Shown piece by piece: positions 19,883 to 28,188 of a DNA stretch of 64,000 nucleotides. How positions within the stretch are numbered: the stretch's first letter is position 1; each line of letters opens with the position of its first letter. The position numbers were made by a program, and so were the translations under genes. The stretch spans positions 128,001 to 192,000 of the forward strand of contig CBDCFW010000003.1 in assembly GCA_965216465.1 (NCBI GenBank). The letters are read 5' to 3'. The notes under the pieces are model-generated. The model ran no database searches, was not told the DNA's origin, and worked only from the letters and a program-made list of their open reading frames with translations. The DNA is from Bacteroidia bacterium. GTDB taxonomy: Bacteria; Bacteroidota; Bacteroidia; NS11-12g; UBA9320.

Positions 19883-20359
19883 CTATTTGCTCCACACACG
19901 AATAAGATTTTCAACATTTTCAGGAGTCAATTCATTAAATCTTTTTATGATTTGCAAGGCCTGAATTATAATCATCGCTGCTCTGCCTGTTTCATATTGA
20001 TAGGTCAAAGTGTTGCCATTGGCTAGCTTCAAAGTGGCATAGTCAATGACTTTGTTCGAGATACCCTTTACATCGCCGGCCTGCACAGATTCGTGTCCAT
20101 GAATATATCCTGATTTAAGAAGCCCATTTAACTTAGAAAATAATCTGCTGGTTGTAATTACTGTAAAGTTGTTTTGGTCCGTAAATACAGAACAAACTAC
20201 CAATTCGTCTTGCAAGTCAAGCTCAGTTAAGTCAAACGGGAAGTTATTTTTATCTTCATGAATTCTTGAATGCTTATAGGTGCCCATTTTTTCAGTTGCT
20301 CTCTTAATGCTGAGAATTGCAAGCTGGTGCAAGGACATTGTAGAGTGTTCTGTTTTCAT
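19883..20359 (-). CDS. Hypothetical protein
   Basis: 158-aa ORF, no recognised motif. Confidence 0.6.
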   Translation of the reverse strand: MKTEHSTMSLHQLAILSIKRATEKMGTYKHSRIHEDKNNFPFDLTELDLQDELVVCSVFTDQNNFTVITTSRLFSKLNGLLKSGYIHGHESVQAGDVKGISNKVIDYATLKLANGNTLTYQYETGRAAMIIIQALQIIKRFNELTPENVENLIRVWSK

Positions 20360-20414
20360 GAGATCTTAGGAAAGTGCAATATAATAATCCCATTCTTATA
20401 TAGCCTGAGTAGAA

Positions 20415-20692
20415 TTGGGATTGGCTTCAGTTTTCCATCGTTGTACCTGCTGAAAAAGTAAAGCTCCTATTAGTCTGCGACTGACCGCTTTTTTATATGA
20501 ATTCTAATTGAAAACGGATTACTTTCAGTGATCCGTCCTTATCCGTGTTGAAAAAGCAAAGCTCCTTCAGTCTGCGACTGTTCGCTTTTTTTTAGGTGTA
20601 TTCTAATTGAAAACGGATTACTTTCAGTGATCCATCCTTATCCGTGTTGAAAAAGCAAAGCTCCTTCAGTCTGCGACTGAATGCCTTTTTCA
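20415..20692 (-). repeat. tRNA-Arg-linked tandem array of 98-99 bp units
   Basis: TGAAAAAG(C/T)AAAGCTCC... recurs at 20451, 20549 and 20648; the tRNA-distal unit is degenerate. Confidence 0.92.
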
Positions 20693-20694
20693 CC

Positions 20695-20729
20695 CCATCT
20701 TAAACTGAAGCGAGCTTCGTTTAAGATGG
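20695..20729 (-). other. Conserved hairpin between tRNA-Arg terminator and array
   Basis: Minus strand CCATCTTAAAC GAAGC TC GCTTC A GTTTAAGATGG. Confidence 0.85.
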
Positions 20730-20732
20730 CAT

Positions 20733-20767
20733 AAAAAAAAGCTCTTCCAATACTTGGAAGAGCTTTT
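20733..20767 (-). terminator. Intrinsic terminator of tRNA-Arg
   Basis: AAAAGCTCTTCCAA-GTA-TTGGAAGAGCTTTTTTTT on the minus strand. Confidence 0.85.
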
Positions 20768-20778
20768 ACTTTTATTCG

Positions 20779-20852
20779 TGACCTCGTCAGGATTCAAACC
20801 TGAGACCTCTTGAGCCGTAATCAAGTGCTCTATTCAGCTGAGCTACGAGGCC
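20779..20852 (-). tRNA. tRNA-Arg(ACG)
   Basis: GGCCTCG...CTTGA TT ACG GC TCAAG...CAGGTTTGAATCCTG..CGAGGTCA cloverleaf; CCA not encoded. Confidence 0.95.
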
Positions 20853-20862
20853 AATGTGGGTG

Positions 20863-20870
20863 CAAATATA
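20863..20870 (-). promoter_or_regulatory. Bacteroidota -7 promoter element for tRNA-Arg
   Basis: TATATTTG matches TAnnTTTG, 10 nt upstream of the tRNA. Confidence 0.75.
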
Positions 20871-20979
20871 ATATCACTTAGTGGATTAGAAATATAAAAT
20901 TTAAGAGATTTTGAAATGCGAATCGAACAGGGTTTCAGACCTATCTCGTATATTCGAAATCCATTTAAAGTTTTAACCA

Positions 20980-21501
20980 TTGGAGAACTCAGAAGTAAAT
21001 AAAAATCCAGCTTTTCTTGAAGAAGTATACGAGCTAACTGCTGGATTAGAAATGTTTGAAGCCCTACAACAAGGTTTAACAGACATCGATAACACCGACC
21101 TAAATCAGTTGAATAGAATAGGTCTGCGAACCTATCAAGAAGGCAAATGGACCATCAATACCATTTTTCAGCACCTTATCGATTGGGAACGCATCTGGTG
21201 TTTTCGGGCTATTCTTTTTGCACGCAAAGAAGGAACTGTTCCGGTTGCTCATGAACAAGAAATTATGGGTGCTAATTCAAATGCCAATGAACTGCCAATA
21301 GAGCAGTTGATTGAAGAGTTTCGCATTGTTCGTCAATCAACCATCATGCAGTTTAAGTCGTTCAACCAGCAGATTCTCGATACAACCTGCGAATTCTTCG
21401 AGTACGAGATGCCACTACGTGCCATTGCGTTGACGATTGCAGCACACCAAATTCATCATTTTAAAGTGATTAAGGAGCGGTATTTGCCGTTGGATAAATG
21501 A
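20980..21501 (+). CDS. DinB/YfiT family protein
   Basis: YQEGKWTI...HLIDWERI...AAHQIHH metal-binding His pattern. Confidence 0.88.
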   Translation: MENSEVNKNPAFLEEVYELTAGLEMFEALQQGLTDIDNTDLNQLNRIGLRTYQEGKWTINTIFQHLIDWERIWCFRAILFARKEGTVPVAHEQEIMGANSNANELPIEQLIEEFRIVRQSTIMQFKSFNQQILDTTCEFFEYEMPLRAIALTIAAHQIHHFKVIKERYLPLDK

Positions 21502-21541
21502 CCTATGCCAACAGATGTTATGGTAATTGATTATTATTTTC

Positions 21542-22711
21542 TTACTTTAATCCTGCTTTTGCCAGATTAATGTAGTTATCGATTCTAAATGTTGAAGCGT
21601 CTTGGTCTTTGGCTTTAACAAAGTATTCAAGAGCTTTGTTGTATTCTTTTCTATCTAAATGAAAAATTCCTCGATTTCGTAAGGCATATGAATATTCAGG
21701 TTTTAATTGTAGAGCCTGCTTAATATCTCTTAGTCCGTCGAACTCATTACCCATTTTTAAATTAGCGTACCCTCCGTTGTTATATGCATCAACAAACGAG
21801 TCGTCTAGTTCCAATATTTGATTGAAGTAGGGCAGAGCCTCATTAAATCTTTCTAGTTCGTTCAATGTGAAGCCAATGTTGTTTAAAGCAATCGTATTCT
21901 TAGGTTCTAGTGCCAAAGCTTTATTGTAGTACTCAAGAGCTTCATTATGTTGTTCTAAATGCGAAAGTGGGAGTGCAATTCGCAAAAAGTCATCGACATA
22001 TAGCCTTTTAGTTAGCTTAAACTTGTCGTTTATTTGTCTTGCTTTTGCCCAATCTTTTAAATTGATATAGGAAGAGATAGCCATACGATAGATCTCATCT
22101 CGTTTTACCCCTTTATCAATCATTTTCTTATAAATGACCACGGCATTTTTGAAGTCTTTTTTATTGTAGAATTCTGCAGCTTTTTTGATATCTTTTGAAT
22201 ATCGTTTCAAGTAAAGCAATTTCCTGATTTGATAACCGTCATTATAAACTTCTTTTCCCGAGAATGGGGTAACGGGTTCTTCCTTTGGGCTCAAATTCTC
22301 AAATAAATCTACAATCGCCGCTCCTAAAAATACCGCTAGTGCAAATTTGATGCTCCCATGAATATCAAAGTAAAAAGCGAAATAAAAGCAGATTAGTGCT
22401 ATTATGAACGACATTAGAGGTCCAGCAAAAGTGGCGAATATCTGTTTGTTGATTGAAGTTGAGGCTGAAGGAGCACAAAGTCCTTTTGTCCAATAAATGG
22501 GATTGGCTCTAAACCAAATGTTAAGCAAACCAAGACGAAGCTTAAAGCTATTGTCTGGATCTCCGTATGAACCCAGATAAATTGTAACATTCTTTCTCGT
22601 TACAAGTATCCATGATAAAGCATGTCCAAGCTCATGGAGCAATACTGTGATAGGTCTTACTAAATAAAAGACCCCAAATATGTACAATAAGATGTATCCG
22701 AATTCTCCCAC
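21542..22711 (-). CDS. M50-like membrane metallopeptidase with C-terminal TPR repeats
   Basis: LLHELGH, FAGP, YNDG motifs in the TM region; TPR repeats (ALNNIGF, AYNNGG, ALRNRG). Confidence 0.85.
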   Translation of the reverse strand: MGEFGYILLYIFGVFYLVRPITVLLHELGHALSWILVTRKNVTIYLGSYGDPDNSFKLRLGLLNIWFRANPIYWTKGLCAPSASTSINKQIFATFAGPLMSFIIALICFYFAFYFDIHGSIKFALAVFLGAAIVDLFENLSPKEEPVTPFSGKEVYNDGYQIRKLLYLKRYSKDIKKAAEFYNKKDFKNAVVIYKKMIDKGVKRDEIYRMAISSYINLKDWAKARQINDKFKLTKRLYVDDFLRIALPLSHLEQHNEALEYYNKALALEPKNTIALNNIGFTLNELERFNEALPYFNQILELDDSFVDAYNNGGYANLKMGNEFDGLRDIKQALQLKPEYSYALRNRGIFHLDRKEYNKALEYFVKAKDQDASTFRIDNYINLAKAGLK

Positions 22712-22720
22712 CTAATTGCT

Positions 22721-23380
22721 TCAAATTTCGATTTTTTCTCCTTTAAACTTCGGTTGCTTGTTGAATATTAAATCTAGCATGACCTTAACACGGGCAAGCT
22801 TCTCTCTTAAGTTCGTTTTAAATCCATAAAAGGCACTTTCTTGTTTTGCGTTGTACCCAACGGCGTTTATTCCCTTGCGATTTGCGATAAACACTGCACG
22901 TTCATTGTGAAACTTTTGAGAGATTACCGTAATTGATTTTTGTCCAAAAATCAACTTGCTGCGTACTACAGAATCGAGCGTTCTAAACCCAGCGTAGTCA
23001 AGTACAATTTTAGCTTCGGGAATGCCCCTTTTTAACAAGTCGTCTCGCATGGTTTCAGGCTCGTTATATTCTTTTCTGCTGTTGTCTCCGCTTATCAAAA
23101 TATAATCAATCTTTCCAGTCTTAAATAACTCAACCGCGGCATCAATTCGATATTTATAATACAAGTTCAAACGGCCATTAGATAAATACTTGGTTGTTCC
23201 TAGAAGCAAGCCTGTTTTGTTATGTGGAAGATCAACTGTAGTGTTATACATCTTTGTTTTGGTTTCTGACTTTACCATTGCATCCGAGATGAGAATGCTT
23301 ATTATGCATAACAATAAAAAGCTAAACATGTATTTACTTCTTTTTCGCTTGAAAATTCGATTTATATTGAGTTTTTTCAT
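22721..23380 (-). CDS. sanA: SanA/ElyC/YdcF (DUF218) family protein
   Basis: LLLGT, ISGDN, YNEP, LDYAGFRTLDS, SQKFHNERA, REKLAR. Confidence 0.88.
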   Translation of the reverse strand: MKKLNINRIFKRKRSKYMFSFLLLCIISILISDAMVKSETKTKMYNTTVDLPHNKTGLLLGTTKYLSNGRLNLYYKYRIDAAVELFKTGKIDYILISGDNSRKEYNEPETMRDDLLKRGIPEAKIVLDYAGFRTLDSVVRSKLIFGQKSITVISQKFHNERAVFIANRKGINAVGYNAKQESAFYGFKTNLREKLARVKVMLDLIFNKQPKFKGEKIEI

Positions 23381-23505
23381 ATTTCAAGAGTCGCTTTTGC
23401 GATATTACGTTAATATTTTCATTCGAACGTTTGCAAGACAAAATAATCGATCGTTTTGCTTTCTCGCAGGATTAAGTTGAGATATTTTATATTCGTAAGT
23501 CTATT

Positions 23506-24399
23506 TTGAAACTACTGAAATTCGCTTCTATAGATGTGGGGTCTAATGCGGTTAGATTGCTGTTTACCAATGTGTTTGAAACACCAAACGGTCCCGTATT
23601 TAGAAAGCTTTCCCTTGTTCGAGTACCCATTCGATTGGGTGAAGATGCCTTTGTTCATGGACGTATTCGTGAAGAGAAGGCCGACCAATTGGTTCGTACC
23701 ATGCGTTCGTTTAAGCACCTGATGAATGTGCATCAAGTGTTAGACTATCGTGCCTATGCAACGAGTGCCATGCGTGAAGCTGAGAACAGCGAAGAGTTGT
23801 TAAAGTCGATTAAGGTCTTTGCCGACATCGATCTTCAAATTGTGTCAGGAGACTTGGAAGCAGAAACCATTTCAACCGAAAAAATTCCATCGCCTTTGCC
23901 ACAGTTTCCAAATGCGGTGTTTATTGACGTAGGAGGGGGGAGTACTGAAATGACCTACCTCAAAGACCATAAGAAATACGATTCAATATCTCTAAAAATT
24001 GGAACCATTCGATTGCTTCACGATACGGTTAAACCAGAACTCTGGGATGAATTCATTGAATGGTTTGATAAGCACGATCTCAAGAATTCTCATACGCCGA
24101 TCATTGGAACTGGAGGTAACATCAACAAACTGTTAAAAGTTTTGCGTGACAATCAAAACGACTACTTCATTAGAACCGAAGCCCTGAGTGATTTCAAAAA
24201 GAAGCTTGACGATGTTGATGTCGACGAAAGAATGGTTAAATTCATTCTGAATCCAGATCGTGCAGATGTAATCGTACCGGCTTCGAAGATTTTTTTAAGT
24301 GCAGCCACTCACATGGACTCTAGAGAAATTTACATCCCCAAAGTTGGACTATCAGACGGTATTGCTCGTCAGTTGTACAAGCAACATAAAAGTAAATAA
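23506..24399 (+). CDS. ppx: Ppx/GppA exopolyphosphatase
   Basis: IDVGSNAVR, ATSAMREA.N, IDVGGGSTE, GTGGN, DRADVI, GLSDG. Confidence 0.92.
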   Translation: MKLLKFASIDVGSNAVRLLFTNVFETPNGPVFRKLSLVRVPIRLGEDAFVHGRIREEKADQLVRTMRSFKHLMNVHQVLDYRAYATSAMREAENSEELLKSIKVFADIDLQIVSGDLEAETISTEKIPSPLPQFPNAVFIDVGGGSTEMTYLKDHKKYDSISLKIGTIRLLHDTVKPELWDEFIEWFDKHDLKNSHTPIIGTGGNINKLLKVLRDNQNDYFIRTEALSDFKKKLDDVDVDERMVKFILNPDRADVIVPASKIFLSAATHMDSREIYIPKVGLSDGIARQLYKQHKSK

Positions 24400-27300
24400 T
24401 TACTCTGCTTCCTCTTCTATTATTGGATCAAGATTTTCGTACTTCTCAATTGCTTTCAATTTCTCATTACACTCGTCAATGATTCCATCGGTGTAGTTCG
24501 TATAATTGTCAATAATACTTTGCAATGTCGCTTTGGCTTGGAAGTAATCTTCTTCCTTAACATAAATGTCACTTAGTAATACAAATCCTTTTACAACCCA
24601 GTATTCGTATGCTGAGAAGTCATCATTTAGTCGATATACGTCGTTACGAGCACTGTCAAGGTCGTCTTGGCTGTACAGTATAAACGCCCTGTGGTAAAGT
24701 GCTTCTGCAGTTTGAGCATTTCTACTCTCCTTAATTACATAATCGAAATGGAATTTTGCAGATCGTAAGTTACTACCTTGAAGTTGAATTCGTCCTAAGG
24801 TCATGTTGGCCTCAACCAAGTTTTCTTTAGGCACATTCTCGATAGGAAGTATTTCAATTGCCTTTTTCTTAGATCGTTCTAAGTTTCCAAGAACATAGTG
24901 ACAACGCATCTGTCCTAAGAGTGCTTTTAAATAATTAGTCTTAGTCGATGCAACAGGTTCTAGAGCTTGATAGTGTTCAAGGGCTTTAGCATGATTCTCG
25001 CGTCCGTAATAGGTAGACGATAGTTTAAGCAACGATTTCTCAGTGTATTCGTTATTGCTTTGACTTACAACGAACTGGTAATGTTTTAGTGCTTCATCTT
25101 CACGGTCGTTATAATAGTCGCATTCAGCCTTGAAATAATTAACCGGTACAATAAAGTATCCGTCATTACCAAACTTATTGATGTAGCTTTTAAACGTAGT
25201 GGTGGCACCAATGCAGTCTCCAGCACGGTAGCGGGTCATAGCACTTTCATAGATTGCACTATCTTGGTACGATACACTGACATCTGCTCCAGGTACATTT
25301 TTAACGTAATCAAAGTAGTCTTCCGGACGGCCTTGGTCGGTATAGATGATTTCGATAAACGATAATGCCTCTTTTGATGCTGTAGTCTTCGGAAAGCGCT
25401 CAACAACCGTTTTATAGTGCCTTAGTGCTATTTCGTCTTTATTCTGATTGTAGTTAATCAAACCCAGTTTGAGGTAGCTATCTGGTAAAAATTGTGATTT
25501 GTCGTACTGAGAAATAATCATACTGAAGATGTTTTCTGCCATGCTATAATTCTCAATTGCCATATACTCTCGAGCAATTTGGAAGAGTGCATCATCACGG
25601 TAAACACTCTTTGGGAAATCCTTTTGGATTAATTTCAGCGTATTAATCTTTTCGGAGTGTCTTTCTTGCAAACCATATAGCATTCCTTTTTGAAAGATGC
25701 TATAATCTGAGTTTTTATAATTCTTCTTGATAATGAAGTCGTACTCTTTTATTGCCTCATTATACATTCCTGTTAAGAAGTAACAATCGGCTAAACGTTG
25801 CGTGTTATTTAAATAGATGTCTCTATTCTCTGCAGAATATTTTTCATTCTTACTGTACTTAGCAAAGTAGTTTTGAGCACGAGCATAGTCTTTCTTCTTG
25901 AAGTAATTAAAACCCATCGAGTAATATCCATAGTTACGATTTTTTGTATCGCTTGAACTGGCATTACTAATAAAGCGATTCATGAGGTTGATGCTTTCAT
26001 CGTAGTCATTAACTTTAAAAGCAATCTCTGCCCTCCAGAAATAGGCCAAAGCTTCCAGCTTCTTGTCTTTCGGATATTTTAAAGACTTGTTAAAGAACAC
26101 ATTCGCATCTTGATATTGTTTATTCAAATACAGCTCTTCACCCCTGTGGAAGGTTAATTCTTGATAAGCAAGTTTCGTAGCGTTGTTGAGTTGGTCAATA
26201 TCTTCAAGTACTTCTATTGCGGCCTTATAGTTCTTTGTACTTAAGAATATATCAGCCATCATTGATTTAGCTTCGTCTTCGTACTCAGAATTTGGATAGT
26301 CAGACAAGAATTGCTTGATTGACTTAATGGCAACTGAATTTTTTTCAAGTTCTGCTGCAAGCTTTGCATAGTTAAAAGCAGAAACCTCAGTTATGTGCTT
26401 ATCAAAGTTCTTGCGCTTAGCCTCTGCAAATGCATTTAAAGCTCGTTCTTTTTTATCGTTTTGAACATCAGATACCCCTAAATGATAATTTGCAGCCTGA
26501 CCAATCTCGTTATCGAGGTTTGACACCATCAGAAAGTACTCGGTTGATTTTTCGTATTGCCCTGCATCGAAATATGCACTAGCAAACTGATAAATTTCAT
26601 CTGGACTTAGATCAGCTACGTCTCCTTCATACTTTTTAAAATGGGTGAGGGCTATGCTCTTATTACCCAATTGAAACTGAATTTTACCTTTTAGCAATTC
26701 AATTTCATTGGTTCTTTTTTCAATTTTTAAATCGCGGATAATTTCGAACGCTTTTTCATACTCCTCTTTTTCATAGTAGATCTGAGAAATATAAAGCTTC
26801 ATGGTACGTGGACCTTTATTTCCAATCTTTTCAAAAGTGGCAAGAGCACAGGTGTAATCTTTTAGAATATAACACTGGTAGCCGTAGTAATAGTTTGCTT
26901 CTACAGCGTACTTGCCATTGCCATTCATGATTTTGCGAAACTCATTTTTAGCCTTAGCATACTCTTCATTTTTGAAGTAACTGTATCCCTTTTTAAATGT
27001 AAGTTCTTCCCGCTGGGCCTTCGATATATCCGTTTCGTTAATATCGTCTAAATACTTAAGTGCTCGGCTGTATTTGCCTTTGTTGAAGTAGTATAATCCC
27101 AGCTCATAGTGAATTTCAGTGTTTAGTTTGTGCTCAGGTTCACTTTTAACAAATCGGGCAAGATCTCGAGAGGCATTGGCTTTATCGAGTTTTAATCTGC
27201 TAAGCCCAATATATGCTTTGGCTTCGTAAGTGAAGTTTGGACCAGGATTGGTTTTTAAAAACTTGTTGAACTCCTTCATGGCGGGTACATATTGCTTTTT

Positions 27301-27432
27301 AACATACAACATTTTAGCATGTTCAAACAAGGTGGCATGATCGGTATACTCTTTCGTACGCTGGGCTTGAGCACTAAACAAGCCGGCGAACATCAAGCTG
27401 AAAACAAGCGATAACTTTAAAATTTTGTTCAT
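24400..27432 (-). CDS. Large exported TPR-repeat protein
   Basis: Signal peptide plus about 1000 aa of TPR repeats, ending FQAKATLQSII. Confidence 0.9.
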   Translation of the reverse strand: MNKILKLSLVFSLMFAGLFSAQAQRTKEYTDHATLFEHAKMLYVKKQYVPAMKEFNKFLKTNPGPNFTYEAKAYIGLSRLKLDKANASRDLARFVKSEPEHKLNTEIHYELGLYYFNKGKYSRALKYLDDINETDISKAQREELTFKKGYSYFKNEEYAKAKNEFRKIMNGNGKYAVEANYYYGYQCYILKDYTCALATFEKIGNKGPRTMKLYISQIYYEKEEYEKAFEIIRDLKIEKRTNEIELLKGKIQFQLGNKSIALTHFKKYEGDVADLSPDEIYQFASAYFDAGQYEKSTEYFLMVSNLDNEIGQAANYHLGVSDVQNDKKERALNAFAEAKRKNFDKHITEVSAFNYAKLAAELEKNSVAIKSIKQFLSDYPNSEYEDEAKSMMADIFLSTKNYKAAIEVLEDIDQLNNATKLAYQELTFHRGEELYLNKQYQDANVFFNKSLKYPKDKKLEALAYFWRAEIAFKVNDYDESINLMNRFISNASSSDTKNRNYGYYSMGFNYFKKKDYARAQNYFAKYSKNEKYSAENRDIYLNNTQRLADCYFLTGMYNEAIKEYDFIIKKNYKNSDYSIFQKGMLYGLQERHSEKINTLKLIQKDFPKSVYRDDALFQIAREYMAIENYSMAENIFSMIISQYDKSQFLPDSYLKLGLINYNQNKDEIALRHYKTVVERFPKTTASKEALSFIEIIYTDQGRPEDYFDYVKNVPGADVSVSYQDSAIYESAMTRYRAGDCIGATTTFKSYINKFGNDGYFIVPVNYFKAECDYYNDREDEALKHYQFVVSQSNNEYTEKSLLKLSSTYYGRENHAKALEHYQALEPVASTKTNYLKALLGQMRCHYVLGNLERSKKKAIEILPIENVPKENLVEANMTLGRIQLQGSNLRSAKFHFDYVIKESRNAQTAEALYHRAFILYSQDDLDSARNDVYRLNDDFSAYEYWVVKGFVLLSDIYVKEEDYFQAKATLQSIIDNYTNYTDGIIDECNEKLKAIEKYENLDPIIEEEAE

Positions 27433-27583
27433 AGAAATGAAATACCTTTCAAAATAACTGCTTATTGATGGGGAATAGTATTCATTTTGCCCACATTTAA
27501 TTCAGTATTTACTTGTAAGATTCACGATAAATTGAATTAGATAAATATTATATAAATTTTCTTCTCCATTTTTATTCTCTAAT

Positions 27584-27591
27584 TATATTTG
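27584..27591 (+). promoter_or_regulatory. Bacteroidota -7 promoter element for tRNA-His
   Basis: TATATTTG followed by CAGCC. Confidence 0.75.
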
Positions 27592-27662
27592 CAGCCGCTT
27601 AAAGTTAACAGGAATTCATTTGTTGAAGATTTGTAGCTTTAGGCCCTGTATTTATTACAAAT

Positions 27663-27737
27663 GGTGGTTGTAGCTCAGTTGGTTAGAGCACTGGTTTGTG
27701 GTTCCAGGGGTCGTGGGTTCGAATCCCATCTTCCACC
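27663..27737 (+). tRNA. tRNA-His(GTG)
   Basis: G-1 plus GTGGTTG...CTGGT TT GTG GT TCCAG...GTGGGTTCGAATCCCAT CTTCCAC, C73 discriminator. Confidence 0.95.
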
Positions 27738-27742
27738 CAAAG

Positions 27743-27774
27743 AAAAAGGTCTCGCGGTAGCGAGGCCTTTTTTT
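27743..27774 (+). terminator. Intrinsic terminator of tRNA-His
   Basis: AAAAAGGTCTCGC-GGTA-GCGAGGCCTTTTTTT. Confidence 0.85.
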
Positions 27775-27780
27775 ATTCAA

Positions 27781-27813
27781 CCATTTTCTGCAAGCTCGCT
27801 TGCAAGAAAATGG
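27781..27813 (+). other. Conserved hairpin between tRNA-His terminator and array
   Basis: CCATTTTCT GCAAGC TC GCTTGC A AGAAAATGG. Confidence 0.85.
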
Positions 27814-27828
27814 GGAATAAAAAAATAA

Positions 27829-28075
27829 GCCTTGTAAAGGCTCCTTTTTCTTTGAAGGCCCAACAGAAGATATAGGGATAAACGCAGTTAATCCTTCTTT
27901 CGCAGTTCAATTAAATTGGGAAGGGTTGCCTTGTAAAGGCTCCTTTTTCTTTGAAGGCCCAACAGAAGATATAGGGATCAACGCAGTTAATCCTTCTTTG
28001 GTAGTTCAATTAAATTGGGAAGGGTTGCCTTGTAAAGGCTCCTTTTTCTTTTGCAGGTTGAATAGATGAAATCGT
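27829..28075 (+). repeat. tRNA-His-linked tandem array of 99 bp units
   Basis: GCCTTGTAAAGGCTCCTTTTTCTTT at 27829, 27928 and 28027; the first two units are nearly identical and the third decays. Confidence 0.93.
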
Positions 28076-28188
28076 GTGCTTAGTAAATGTTAGTCGTTTA
28101 ATTTACGCTTAGCAGCTTTTGTTTTTTTAACCCATTCAAAACTAATTGAGGATATAATCGACAGATTCATTTACTTTGAAGCACTATT

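Noticed and set aside
20415-20692. CRISPR array
   Set aside because: Units are ~99 bp head-to-tail copies without unique spacers, and there are no cas genes in the window; the same applies to 27829-28075.
27821-28068. Stop-free reading frame through the His array (PCKGSFFFEGPTEDIGINAVNPS..QLNWEGL repeated)
   Set aside because: An in-frame TAA lies directly upstream with no ATG; the Arg array has a 98-bp period and unrelated translation; conservation between arrays is structural rather than coding.
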